The position numbers and the translations under genes were made by a program. The notes under the pieces were generated by a model. It was not told the DNA's origin. It did not search any database and saw nothing but the letters and a program-made list of their open reading frames with translations. A DNA stretch of 64,000 nt from NCBI GenBank assembly GCA_964016885.1, contig OZ024761.1, forward strand, positions 22,134,001 through 22,198,000. Direction: 5' to 3'. Below are positions 14,121 through 27,282 of the stretch, piece by piece (positions within the stretch are counted from its first letter, which is position 1; each line of letters opens with the position of its first letter). The stretch is from Eledone cirrhosa. Lineage: Eukaryota.

Positions 14121-14659
14121 CCCTCTTCATATTAAACCACCCCAAACCAAATGTGGTTGGCATTAGGAAGGTCACCCAGCTGTAGAAACCTAGCCAGAAA
14201 CAGTTTTATATGAATGAGACATTGGTCACCTGACCAACAACAACAACAACAACAACAACAACAGAATTCTAAATATTTTCTGTTAAATCTTGGCACAATA
14301 AATAGAAATAAAAAAAATTCATAAATACCACAAGATTATTATTATTATTAACTGAAAGGTCACAGACGATGGAATCTTCTGATAAGAAAAGAATTATAGA
14401 AAGAGATATAAAATAATTCCGTCTAAAGATATCGGTACTTAGTTACCTAAGAAGTACTTAAAGAGGATTTTGGTGACCCCCCCCCCCCCCCCCCCCCCCC
14501 GAGAAGTATATAATTGATGGTGGGTTAACAGGAATATGAGGTGACTTAACTAGAGGGTCCCACCTCCGGGTCGATAGGAAACCCTAAATATTTAAAGGTT
14601 TTATATCTAATGTTAAATATTGTGTTTTATAATAATTTTATACTTATTTCATGTTTTTA

Positions 14660-15190
14660 TATAACACTGTCTGTCCAGCCCTACATATATTACTGTTACC
14701 CCTATATTTATAATATTTACTGTATTATAACATTGTCCAGCCCTACATGTAATCTAACCCCTATATTTACTGTATTATATATAACACTGTCCAGCCCCAC
14801 ATGTAATCTAACCCCTATATTTACTGTATTATATATAACACTGTCCAGCCCCACATGTAATGTAACCCCTATATTTACTGTATTATATATAACACTGTCC
14901 AGCCCCACATGTAATGTAACCCCTATATTTACTGTATTATATATAACACTGTCCAGCCCCACATGTAGGGTAACCCCTATATTTACTGTATTATAACACT
15001 GTCCAGCCTCACATGTAGGGTAACCCCTATATTTACTGTATTATAACACTGTCCAGCCTCACATGTAGGGTAACCCCTATATTTACTGTATTATAACACT
15101 GTCCAGCCCCACATGTAGGGTAACCCCTATATTTACTGTATTATATATAACACTGTGCAGCCCCACATGTAATCTAGCCCCTATATTTAT
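14660..15190 (+). repeat. 50/54-bp minisatellite, about 10 copies
   Basis: Unit ataacactgtccagccccacatgtaatgtaacccctatatttactgtatt(atat). Confidence 0.92.
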
Positions 15191-15902
15191 AACCTGTGGC
15201 TAATAAAGAAATACTAACTATCGTCATAGACTTCTGTAATGTCTCCCTCCACTATAAGTCGGCCAGTAAAGAAAGTGTTAATAATAATAACAATATTACC
15301 AAGCTGTTGTCTGTTGAGTTGTTAAAATCCAGCAGAATTTCACACGGAAGACAGCCTCGGACACTGTGTAACCCTAGGTACGGACAACTACAAGCAACAA
15401 CACTAGTGATGTTGCTACTACTACTGCTGCTACTACTACTATTACTGTTACAGCTAACACCACTACTACTACCACCACCACTACTACTGCTACTACTGCT
15501 GCTACTACTACTACTACTACTCGTATGATGAGAATGTCATATATATTATCTGTGTATGTGTGTGTATCTGTGTATATACGTGTATGTGTGTGTATCTGTA
15601 GATATGTGTATGTGTGTATCTGTGTATATATGTGTATGTGTGTGTATCTATGTAGATATGTGTATGTGTGTATCTATGTATATATATGTGTATGTGTGTG
15701 TATGTATGTATATATGTGTATGTGTGTGTGTATCTATGTAGATATGTGTATGTATCTATGTAGATATGTGTATGTGTGTGTGTATCTATGTAGATATGTG
15801 TATGTGTATATGTATGTATGTGTATGGGTTCTGCAGGTTTAAGGCACAATGGTGATTAAAGAGAGAGGGGGGAGGGGAAGGACCAATTGTCTGAAGGTAG
15901 TT

Positions 15903-16491
15903 GAGAGAGTGAGTGAGAGAGAGTGAGAGTGAGTGAGAGTGAGAGAGAGAGTGAGAGTGAGAGTGAGTGAGAGTGAGTGAGAGTGAGAGAGAGAGTGAGA
16001 GAGAGTGAGAGTGAGTGAGAGTGAGTGAGAGTGAGAGAGAGAGTGAGAGAGAGTGAGAGTGAGTGAGAGTGAGTGAGAGTGAGTGAGAGAGTGAGAGAGA
16101 GTGAGAGTGAGTGAGAGAGTGAGAGAGAGTGAGAGTGAGTGAGAGTGAGTGAGAGTGAGAGAGAGAGTGAGAGTGAGTGAGAGTGAGAGTGAGTGAGAGT
16201 GAGTGAGAGAGTGAGAGAGAGTGAGAGAGAGAGTGAGAGTGAGTGAGAGTGAGAGTGAGTGAGAGTGAGTGAGAGAGTGAGAGAGAGTGAGAGAGAGAGT
16301 GAGAGTGAGTGAGAGTGAGTGAGAGAGAGTGAGAGTGAGTGAGAGTGAGTGAGAGTGAGAGAGAGAGTGAGAGTGAGTGAGAGTGAGTGAGAGTGAGAGA
16401 GAGAGTGAGAGAGAGTGAGAGTGAGTGAGAGTGAGTGAGAGTGAGAGAGAGAGTGAGAGAGAGTGAGAGAGAGTGAGAGTGAGTGAGAGAG
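15903..16491 (+). repeat. Compound (GA)n/(GAGT)n array
   Basis: Direct inspection. Confidence 0.95.
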
Positions 16492-16674
16492 ATCTTCTTC
16501 CTCTGTAGCTAGGTAACTGTTGTTTGGTGAGATATTGTAACCAGGTTTGTGAAGGGGAAGATTGGTATTTTGACGGACAGACATTGATAGATAGGGAGAT
16601 AGGGAGGTAGATAGGTAGGGAGGTAGGGAGATAGACAGGGAGATAGGTAGGGAGTTAGACAGGTAGATAGATAT

Positions 16675-17030
16675 ATTTCTTTATTAGCCACAAGGGCGCA
16701 CAAGAAAAGGGGACAATACAAAGACACTTGCCGGGGATTTTACACATAGTCGTGTAAAAAATAACAAACAATTACAACAATCGAAATCCCCGATAGGGGG
16801 GAGGCCCCACAAATGGGTTGTTTAATACCCCGTAGATAGAACAACCCTTAACTCCAGGAGCGTGTTGTGCAAGTGCTCCTTTCTTCCTTTTGCTCTCTTC
16901 CTCAACCTAGAGGTTTATATACAGAGAAGGCCCATTCACCCGGCCCATTTTTGTCACATTCACCCACCTTTCAGTAAATTTACTGAGGTGCAGTGCCTCT
17001 CTCTCCACTCTGATTCTCCTTCTAAAGTGT
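16675..17030 (-). mobile_element. Tx1/L1-like LINE 3' end inserted in (GATA)n
   Basis: HFRRRIRVEREALHLSKFTERWVNV C-terminus plus a 3' UTR ending AATAAAGAAA next to TAGA repeats. Shorter copies at about 63190-63240 and 63311-63392. Confidence 0.6.
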
Positions 17031-17389
17031 AGATAGATAGACAGGCTGCTAGGTAGATAGATAGATAGACAGGCTGGTAGGTAGATAGATAGATACAAGG
17101 GTGCAGAAGAAATGGGACATTACAAGATGTGGCAGCGAGGGTTTTGCATAAAATCGTGTAGAGAGGTTATAACAATGAAAATTAAACAATCAAAATCCGC
17201 AATAGGTGGGGTGGGGGGATGTTAGGTAGGTAGAGTGACAAAATGGTAGACATATATTGATAGACTGCAGTACTGGGACTGGGAAGACCACAAATCAAAG
17301 ACGTACTCAATATATCGTATGATGTAGAGGGGGAATGTTAGTGGGAGGGGAGGATTAATTGCGAACTCAGTGGTTTTGGCTAGTTACCT

Positions 17390-17424
<35 letters not shown>

Positions 17425-17484
17425 CATATATATATATAGAATTCATAAGAATCAAAGTTATGTTCAAAACATTTATTCACTTAC

Positions 17485-17555
17485 AATTGTTTCTTCCAAA
17501 CCTAGGCTTGGAGTCTTCGGAGCAATTTTTAATGTTTGTACATACAGTTGAGCTC
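17485..17555 (-). CDS. Candidate alternative exon (GAQLYVQTLKIAPKTPSLGLEETI)
   Basis: Acceptor tcttttgtgttgagtag| and consensus donor |gtaagtg. Open in the phase-1 frame; exits in phase 0. Confidence 0.35.
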
Positions 17556-17917
17556 CTACTCAACACAAAAGATATACAGATATATATATATATATATATT
17601 TATGTACAGTGTGGAGTGACATATATTATACTATACTATATTTGTATAGTAACTCAAATTAAAATCAAAACTAAAATACATGCGGCAGATGACACAGATA
17701 ATGCAAGAGGATAGTCCGATAGTCAGATCTAGTAGGTAGTGTGTGTGTTAGTCACACATGGAGCATGCAAGTGTGTCTCATTTATATACGAGTATTGTGT
17801 GGCAAGGTATGACATGTAATATAAGCACTTTAAGCGGGTAAGCAAGAGTATTATGGTGGTTGTAGTGGGAGGGTATTTTTTGTATAGATCAAATTAGTAT
17901 GTGTGCAGAAAAAGAAA

Positions 17918-17967
<50 letters not shown>

Positions 17968-18038
17968 TTAGGGTTTAAAATATATATAACTATAAAAAGT
18001 TTTAGTATATACATAACCATAAATAGTATCCTTAATAC

Positions 18039-18083
<45 letters not shown>

Positions 18084-18276
18084 GTGTATATTTATATGTA
18101 TATATATGTGTATATTTATATGTATATATATGTGTATATTTATATGTATATATATGTATATATATGTATATGTATATATTTATATGTATATATGTGTATA
18201 TTTATATGTATATATGTGTATATTTATATGTATATACAGTATATATATAATATATATATATATATGTATATATATA

Positions 18277-18601
18277 TCATCATCATTTCATTTTACGTCC
18301 GCTTTTTCCCTGCTTGCAAGGGTGGGACGGGAACTGATGCTGGCTTGATGTCTACAGCTGGATGCCCTTCCTAACACCAACCTCATTTACAGTGAGTGCT
18401 GGGTGCTTTTTTCTCCACGACCACTTGTGGAATGATAGGGACCCCAGTCCCTATCATCTCATTTCTACAGCTGAGTAAACTGGAGCAATGTGAAATAAAG
18501 TGTCTTGCTCAAGGAAACAACACATCACCCGGTCTGAGAATTGAACTCACAACCTTTCGATTGCAAGGCCAATGCGCTAACCACTAAGCCATGTGCCTCC
18601 A
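18277..18601 (-). mobile_element. tRNA-derived SINE (same family)
   Basis: Reverse-complement copy with both head and RTE-type tail. Confidence 0.85.
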
Positions 18602-18748
18602 TCAACCATGTATATTTATATATATATACAGTATATGTATATTTATATATATATATATATATATATACAGTATATATATAGATAGATAGATAAGGAAGAT
18701 AGGTAGATAGATAAATAGATATGTTTAGATAGATAAGAGAGAACCTAC

Positions 18749-18923
18749 CATGAGGAATGACCTTGAAACGTTGAGATATTAAAGTTTCCAACTTTCCTCT
18801 GTTACTACTTGTTGTTGTTGTTTGTTGTTGATTGTTGTTGTAACTGTCAGCTGCATTATGGGTGCACACTGTTGCAATATGCACATCTGCATTCACAGAT
18901 TTTCCACTGTTGGCGTTTCCCAT
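18749..18923 (-). CDS. Candidate alternative first coding exon (MGNANSGK...VIPH-G) with myristoylation-type N-terminus
   Basis: Kozak-like acaATGG start, 58 codons plus 1 nt, donor G|gtaggt. Phase 1 matches the acceptors at 17555, 12131 and 6115. Confidence 0.45.
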
Positions 18924-19061
18924 TGTGCACTAATTATTATTAGTATTATTATTATAATTATCAATATTAGTATTATTGTTTTGTTATTTTTAATATTTTC
19001 CCCAGTAATTAAAGATGGGAGCTGCCAATTGTTTCAAAGAATATATTTTATATTATTATTA

Positions 19062-19525
19062 TTATTACTCTTATATTAATTACTACAATGTTGCTACAGT
19101 CCTGTGCAGTCCTCAGTCTTAAGGTAACCCCTTGCCGTTGATAAACAAATCGTTATTACTCTTATATTAATTACTATAGTGTTGCTACAATGTTGTTACA
19201 GTCCTGTGCAGTCCTCAATCTTTAGGTAACCCCTTGCCGTTGATAAACAAATCGTTATTACTCTTATATTAATTACTATAGTGTTGCTACAATGTTGTTA
19301 GTCCTGTGCAGTCCTCAGTCTTTAGGTAACCCCTTGCCGTTGATAAACAAATCGTTATTACTCTTATATTAATTACTATAGTGTTGCTACAATGTTGCTA
19401 CAGTCCTGTGCAGTCCTCAATCTTAAGGTAACCCCTTGCCGTTGATAAACAAATCGTTATTACTCTTATATTAATTACTATAGTGTTGCTACAATGTTGT
19501 TACAGTCCTGTGCAGTCCTCAATCT
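19062..19525 (+). repeat. Tandem repeat of about 102 bp, about 4.5 copies
   Basis: ttattactcttatattaattactatagtgttgctac...gataaacaaatcg repeated. Confidence 0.92.
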
Positions 19526-22052
19526 ACATGTAGCCCCTCGTGATCAATAAATGAATTGTTGTTCTTGTTATTGATGGTTTTGCGCAGTAAATGTGGTGAT
19601 TACTGTCTCCGTTACTGTTTAACGATTGATAAATCTCAACCAAGTCTTTAGAAAGGCAGAACTGTTCTGTGTGTGTCTACACTGCTCAAACAAACCATTT
19701 GTAATTCTCTATTTTCTTAAGATACCCTCAAGATCTCAGTTTTAGGGGTACAGAACCCAAAGCTCTGTTGACAACTAGAATTGTCAGATATTAGACGATA
19801 TTAATCACTACTTCTGTTATTGTTGTTGTTGTTGTTATGAAGTTCATATCTCAGTCGTTGTTGTTTAACTGGAAAATTTACCCCAATGAACATCAAGTCG
19901 CTACCTGCAGCCTCAGATATTCAGGACGTATCGGAGGGTCCTTGCAGGGGCTGGGATGATGTTCTTTAACAAACCTTGGGACCCCTTCCAGATAGTACCT
20001 AGCGCTCCTCTGACAATTGTTATTATTATAATTATTATTATTATTATTTCTATAAAGATGGATTTTTTTGTGATTATTAAAATCTTTTGTCTCTGCTGTT
20101 CTCAGCACTCTTTATATGGTATCCAGTCCTGTCATATATTTAAACTATGGGGCTGACAATGTATTTACGTCTTAAGATGTGTTTTAGTTGTATTATATGT
20201 TAAAATATATCCATAATCCTGTTAAAACTGGTCGTTTTTTTTTTTTTTATATTTTTTAAGATCTGTCCCTCATACTGTCCAAGATGTGTTTTCTCGTGTT
20301 GTCGACTTTTAACGTCCTGTACCACATTAATCCACATTAGCAAGACATCCTTGAAAAGTACAAAACAACACTATGACTGCATCACATTAAACTGCAGTAG
20401 TAAAGATGCTAAAAATATTTGAATTAACAAACCTACAAGTAAAGTTAAGACTGGTTGTATTCTGTTAAGATATGTACTCAATACTGTTAAGTCTGGTTGT
20501 ATTCTGTTAAGATATGTCTCTCTCAGTATGATTTCTAGTTGTATTTATCTGTTAAAGTATATTATTACTGTTAACTTAGGTTGTATTCTATATATCTTTA
20601 ATATTGTTAAAACTGATCCTATTTTATCTGTTAAGATAGGTCCCTAATGTTATAGTGGTAGGTTGTATTTAACCCCTAACACTTCCTATTCTACTTAAGA
20701 TATGTCCCTAATACTATTAAGACTGGTTGTATTTTATATATAAAATGTGTTATTACTAGTAAGATTGTGGTAATCTGTTAAGATGTGTTATTACTACTAA
20801 AACTGGTTGTACTGTGTGTAGTTAAGATAATATTAAACTGTTAAAATGCTCTCCTCAATTCTTTTGAAAACAGTTATATTAATCTATTAAAAAACAACTT
20901 TTTTCAGCTGTTAACTGCTGGGTCTACTAAAGTGTTGTTACATTAATTGGTTAGTGCTGTTCTGTTAAAATTGATTATAATATTCTGATTTGTATTAAAA
21001 GTCTGCTTATATGTTACTTAGTTAAATATATCTTCCCGTATTCTTTAAAAATCAGTTATGATATTAAACAACTTGCTAACAGTTATTAACGACTGGCTTC
21101 GGAAGTCGGTTAATTCTGTTGGGATTAGTTATAATACTATATAATGAATAATAGTTGACAGTTTTTATCAGCTGGTTATAATAAACTGCAGCTACATTAA
21201 TCATTTAGTACTATTAAAACTAGTCATAATATTAAGTAATAAACATTATTTTTATCTGCGGTTAACCAGTGGTTGTAGCAAAATATAGTCACAGTAAATG
21301 GTTAGATTAGTTCTATTAAAACTAGATGGTACAATCTTCTTCAAATCAGCTGTTAAATACTGTTGACCAAAACCCCTCAAAACTCCTAGTTATATATTAG
21401 TATATTAATTAGTTAAGAATCTCCTTCCTCCTTTTCTTTGTTATTTTCTCTCTGTTGTAACTCCAGAGTAGCTGGTGGTACTACTGTAGCGGGTATATCT
21501 TACTGCCTGCTTCATGTTGCAGCAACTCGCCAGCTTTTCTACACAAATCTGCAACCGGCAACAACAAATCTTTGCAGTTTAACGCCTCCCCCTCCACTCC
21601 ACTAAAAACACCCAAAAGCAACACCAAAAAAACAGCTGCACATCTGCAGTGTGTCGCAATCAATGATAGATAGATACTTATTATTGATATAAGGTGGTGG
21701 TGGTGGTGGTGGCAGTGGTGTGGATGGTGGTGGTGGTGGCAGTGGTGGTGTTGGTGTTGACGGTGGTGGTGGTGGTGTGGATGGTGGTGGTGGTGGCAGT
21801 GGTGGTGTTGGTGTTGACGGTGGTGGTGGTGGTGGTGTTGGTAGCAGTGTTGGTTGTAGTGTTGGTGGAGGGGGAGGTGGTGTTGGTGGTGGAGGGGGAG
21901 GTAGTGTTGGCGTGGGTGTTGTTAGTGTTGTAATCAATAAATAATTATTATTGATGTAGACACATTGTGTCTTCAACAACAACAACAACACCTCCACCAC
22001 CACTACCAACACCACCTCCCCTTCCACCACCACCACTACCCCCCCCCACCAG

Positions 22053-22062
22053 CTATTTATAA
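22053..22062 (-). promoter_or_regulatory. TATA box / MEF2-type site, possible internal promoter
   Basis: CTATTTATAA on plus (TATAAATA on minus) matches both TATA and YTA(W)4TAR. Lies about 3 kb upstream of the MGNANS exon. Confidence 0.25.
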
Positions 22063-23239
22063 GCTGTTGGAGGTCATTTGGCAGAACATAGGTGGAGATG
22101 GTGGGGGTGTTAAGCAGTCAATTAGATGGTAATAGGTGATGGTGGTGGTGTAGTGGTGTTGGTGATGGTGGTGGTGTAGTGGTGGTGGTGATGGTGGTGG
22201 TGTAGTGGTGGTGGTGGTGAGGGTGGTGGTGTTGGTGGTGGTGGTGAGGGTGGTGGTGGTGTAGTGGTGTTGGTGGTGGTGTAGTGGTGAGGGTGGTGGT
22301 GGTAGTGTTGGTGAGGGTTGTGGTGGTGGTGTAGTGGTGTTGGTGAATGTGTTGGTGGTGATGATGATAACAGTTATATTAATACATCCCCCCCCTCCTC
22401 TAAAACTTTACAACAACAACAACAACATTTCTTATATCTGACAATGTTTGTTTGTTTTAAAGAAATTTCTAGAATGTTCCTCCTTCCCGCCACTCCCGCC
22501 AGCCTCTTGGCAACCTTCCAAGTCATGACAGTCTTTTGAGGATGTTTTTACTGCTATTTCCAGCATCTCATCATTTCAACTATAATCAATGACACCCCAG
22601 ACTTCAACAACAACAACACCAACACCCCAGACTTCAACAACAACAACAACACCAACACCCCACACTTCTCTCTAGAAAGTTCTTTTTAAAATCTTCTCAA
22701 TTAATCTATAATAATAATAACAATAATAATTGTTTCTTCTTTTGGCACAAGGCCAGCAATTATCTCAGTGTATTACTGGTACACATGCACATACACACAC
22801 ATACACATACACACACATACACACACATACACATATACATACACACATACACATATACATACACACATACACACACACATACACACATACACACACACAC
22901 ACATACACACGTACACACATGCACACACACACACACACATACACACACACACACACACATACACACACACATACACACACAAACTAAATACAGGTAAAAT
23001 TCCATTATAACGAAATGTTTTTCAATCCCTGAGGTAATAATTGTTTCTACTTTAGGCACAAGGCCAGCAATTATCTCAGTGTATTACTGGTACGTTATTT
23101 TATCGACCCCCGTAAGGATGAAAAGTAAAGTTCACCTCAGCAGGATTTGAACTCAGACCGTAAAAGGACATAACTCTATGCCAGCGAAGCATGGTGTCCA
23201 ATGCTCTACCGATACTGCCAACCCACACACACATGCACA

Positions 23240-23298
<59 letters not shown>

Positions 23299-23717
23299 GT
23301 AGGAGGTGAGTAATATTGTAGAACAATAAAACTATGCATATATCAGATAAGTAGCACTCAACAGTTGGTAGAACTGGAGTATAAATAAAGAAGAAATTAA
23401 AAGATGGTTAAAAAAGTTCCATATATTTTATTATGCGCATTTCGAAAACAACATCATCCTGGGACAAAATGAATTGTTGCATATACTATGTTCCAACTTG
23501 AAGGTGTTTGAGGGTCGTCTACCAGTTCTCCGATTGAGCTGAAATTTTACACACCCCGCTTTTAGGAACAGGATTAGGGGAACAAGATTAGGGGAAGGGA
23601 GCAGCAAAGTTTTAACTTCCAGAAAATTACCGATTGATAAGGGCCACTCTAATATATATAAAGGTTATTTGTCTCTAATACTTAGACATCTCAATTGGCA
23701 TAAGTTATATATATATG

Positions 23718-23750
<33 letters not shown>

Positions 23751-23883
23751 ATATATATATCTGTATGATATATATAATCCTTATCGAGCCCTCTTCGGAT
23801 TTTAGTCTTCACATTTATTATTACTATATGTATATATATGTATATATATATATATATATATATAAATATATATATATAAATAA

Positions 23884-23923
<40 letters not shown>

Positions 23924-23997
23924 AGTATAGAAATTATTATGAGCAAGAAGCCCATAGTATTTCATAATATATATATATATATATATCTATATATATC

Positions 23998-24029
<32 letters not shown>

Positions 24030-24624
24030 AGAAAACGAAAGATCAGTGATGCATCTGAACTCAATTTATTGTGCTACAATTGTTTCCCCGGCAGACAACT
24101 CGAGACGCGATCATTGTGTGGATCTGACTGATTCTGGACCCGCAGGTTCGACGGACACGTCTAATGATTTCGGAGCATATTCTCTCACTATACACATATA
24201 TATACATATATAAATATATACACACACACACACACACAATGGACTTCTGCACAGTTTCTGACTACCAAATGTCCCTCACAAGGCATTGGTTAACCTAAGT
24301 CTATGATAGAAGAAACTGGCGTGAGGTGTCACACTGTACCACTGATCTATGAAACCACGTAACTATGGCTACGGAACAGACTTCTTAACCTCTTCAGTGC
24401 CGTAGACAAGATAACCCTAACATGTAGGCGTTCCAGTGCCACGAACGAGATAACTCATCCTAACATGTTTGAACTCGTTTCCAACAGTTCATAACTTCAA
24501 AGCTAGATGGGGTTACCAGTTTATTGATGTGACGTTTCTCAATTATTCAGATATTTGTTGTTAATAAATGTTTGTTTAAAAAAATAGTCATTTTACTGCC
24601 CCCCCCCCCCCCCCTCCCCCCCGT

Positions 24625-26165
24625 ACAGCAACTGTAGCTGTGTAAAATATACACAGCAGTCAACACACCAACTGTAGCTGTGTAAAATATACACAGCAGT
24701 CAACACAACAACTGTAGCTGTGTAATATATACACAGCAACTGTAGCTGTGTAATATATACACAGCAGTCAACACAGCAACTGTAGCTGTGTAAAATATAC
24801 ACAGCAGTCAACACACCAACTGTAGCTGTGTAAAATATACACAGCAGTCAACACAACAACTGTAGCTGTGTAATATATACACAGCAGTCAACACAGCAAC
24901 TGTAGCTGTGTAAAATATACACAGCAGTCAACACAGCAACAGTAGCTGTGTAAAATATATACAGCAGTCAACACAGCAACTGTAGCTGTGTAATATATAC
25001 ACAACAGTCAACACAACAACTGTAGCTGTGTAAAATATACACAGCAACTGTAGCTGTGTAATATATACACAGCAGTCAACACAGCAACTGTAGCTGTGTA
25101 AAATATACACAGCAGTCAACACAGCAACTGTAGCTGTGTAATATATACACAGCAGTCAACACAGCAACTGTAGCTGTGTAAAATATACACAGCAGTCAAC
25201 ACAGCAACAGTAGCTGTGTAAAATATACACAGCAGTCAACACAGCAACTGTAGCTGTGTAATATATACACAGCAGTCAACACAGCAACTGTAACTGTGTA
25301 AAATATACACAGCAGTCAACACAGCAACAGTAGCTGTGTAATATATACACAACAGTCAACACAGCAACTGTAGCTGTGTAAAATATACACAGCAGTCAAC
25401 ACAGCAACTGTAGCTGTGTAAAATATACACAGCAGTCAACACAGCAACAGTAGCTGTGTAATATATACACAGCAGTCAACACAGCAACTGTAGCTGTGTA
25501 ATATATACACAGCAGTCAACACAGCAACTGTAGCTGTGTAAAATATACACAGCAGTCAACACAGCAACAGTAGCTGTGTAAAATATACACAGCAGTCAAC
25601 ACAGCAACTGTAGCTGTGTAAAATATACACAGCAGTCAACACAGCAACTGTAGCTGTGTAAAATATACACAGCAGTCAACACAGCAACTGTAGCTGTGTA
25701 AAATATGCACAGCAGTCAACACAGCAACTGTAGCTGTGTGTAATATATACACAACATTCAACACAGCAACTGTAGCTGTGTAATATATACGCAGCAGTCA
25801 ACACAGCAACAGTAGCTGTGTAATATATACCCAGCAGTCAACACAGCAACTGTAGCTGTGTGTAATATATACCCAGCATTCAACACAGCAACTGTAGCTG
25901 TGTAAAATATACACAGCAGTCAACACAGCAACTGTAGCTGTGTAAAATATACACAGCAGTCAACACAGCAACTGTAGCTGTGTAAAATATACACAGCAGT
26001 CAACACAGCAACTGTAGCTGTGTAATATATACACAGCAGTCAACACAGCAACTGTAGCTGTGTAAAATATACACAGCAGTCAACACAGCAACTGTAGCTG
26101 TGTAATATATACACAGCAGTCAACACAGCAACTGTAGCTGTGTAAAATATACACAGCAGTCAACA
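24625..26165 (+). repeat. 40-bp minisatellite, about 38 copies
   Basis: Unit acagcaactgtagctgtgtaaaatatacacagcagtcaac; ends about 75 bp from the donor of the second GAR exon. Confidence 0.95.
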
Positions 26166-26240
26166 GGTTAAACCTGAATCATACCTACATTTTTAATTAA
26201 TTACGATGATAATTAAGTATACAAGTAGTTTATTATTCAC

Positions 26241-26337
26241 CTTTATAATGACATCTGCAGGGATCATGTTTGTCCAGGTAATTTTCCAAGGTGTCCCAGC
26301 CACCACCAACACGCACCATCACATGGTTTCGTAAGAT
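26241..26337 (-). CDS. GAS2L: GAS2-like protein, GAR domain second exon ([32 protein letters not shown])
   Basis: Manual translation gives the GAR signature [23 protein letters not shown]. Acceptor ctctcttcag| and donor G|gtgaat; 97 nt, phase 0 in and 1 out. Too short for the ORF track. Confidence 0.96.
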
Positions 26338-26384
26338 CTGAAGAGAGAGAGTAAGTCCAATATTTCCAGTACCAACTTATATAT

Positions 26385-26858
26385 ATACTAACCGAATTAT
26401 CTGCGTTTCACACATTTTTAAAAAAAGAAAATTATGATTTTTGTTGTCGTAATTCTACTGATGTTTTGCCGTGGATAAAATGTCTAAATTAGCCAAATTT
26501 TACTATAAAAGAGAGGTGCTTTGTTTGTTGATTTAAGGTTAATTAATAGAAAAAACCCGTGATAATAGAGGTTCCAATACTCAAGTTATGGGCTTCCAAA
26601 ATATTCACTATAGGGGGTTTAACCCTTATTAGGGTGTCTTAATATTATTGAAATTTCATATAGATCGAAGGGAAAAAACTTTCAGCGATGGTTTCTGACC
26701 CAGGGGAACCCTTTGATTAAAATTAAATATACTTATCCAAGTACCCTGGGGCAATGTAGTTTCAGAATATATATGGTTATGAGGGGGGCTATCTCCAAAA
26801 CCATAGGAGGAGTTCTTGAACAAACAAACAAACAGACAGGAATACAACTTTATATAGA
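26385..26858 (+). mobile_element. Non-autonomous Helitron/Helentron-like insertion in the intron splitting the GAR domain
   Basis: Starts TATACTA; ends with (CAAA)n-acagacag...actttatatag, resembling DINE/HINE-type termini. Confidence 0.4.
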
Positions 26859-26891
26859 GAGAGAGAAGAAAGTCCAATATGTCCAGTTCCA

Positions 26892-26986
<95 letters not shown>

Positions 26987-27016
26987 GTAAGTCCAATATT
27001 TCTAGTACCAACTTAC

Positions 27017-27124
27017 CCGTACAAATATTAAAGTCTGTGAATCACCAATTTTATATTTTCCTTCTCCAACTTTTATAATCGGAAACTGTGATGGACAGGT
27101 ACATTTTCCAACTAATTCTCTTAC
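27017..27124 (-). CDS. GAS2L: GAS2-like protein, GAR domain first exon ([36 protein letters not shown])
   Basis: Lies within ORF 27002-27187. CxCPxQF...GEGKY.IGDS...IFVR is the N-terminal half of the GAR domain. Acceptor gaacag| and donor CGG|gtaagt; 108 nt, phase 0-0. Confidence 0.96.
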
Positions 27125-27282
27125 CTGTTCAACAGAGAAAGGTAAACAGTTTAAGGACATCAAAGGAATAAATGAAAAAATCAACAAAATAAAATTTACA
27201 AATACCCCTCCCTCCCATAAAAGTTAAAATTTGTAATAAATAAATAAAACAAAATAAAATATATATAATTTACAAATACATA

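Noticed and set aside
21481-21663. Signal-peptide-like ORF (AAVFLVLLLGVFSGVEG...)
   Set aside because: It starts at TTG with no in-frame ATG or convincing acceptor, and the hydrophobicity follows from T/G-rich sequence.
24625-26165. CRISPR-like appearance of the regular arrays (also 14660, 37521, 46352)
   Set aside because: Units are head-to-tail with no unique spacers, there are no cas genes, and the context is eukaryotic.
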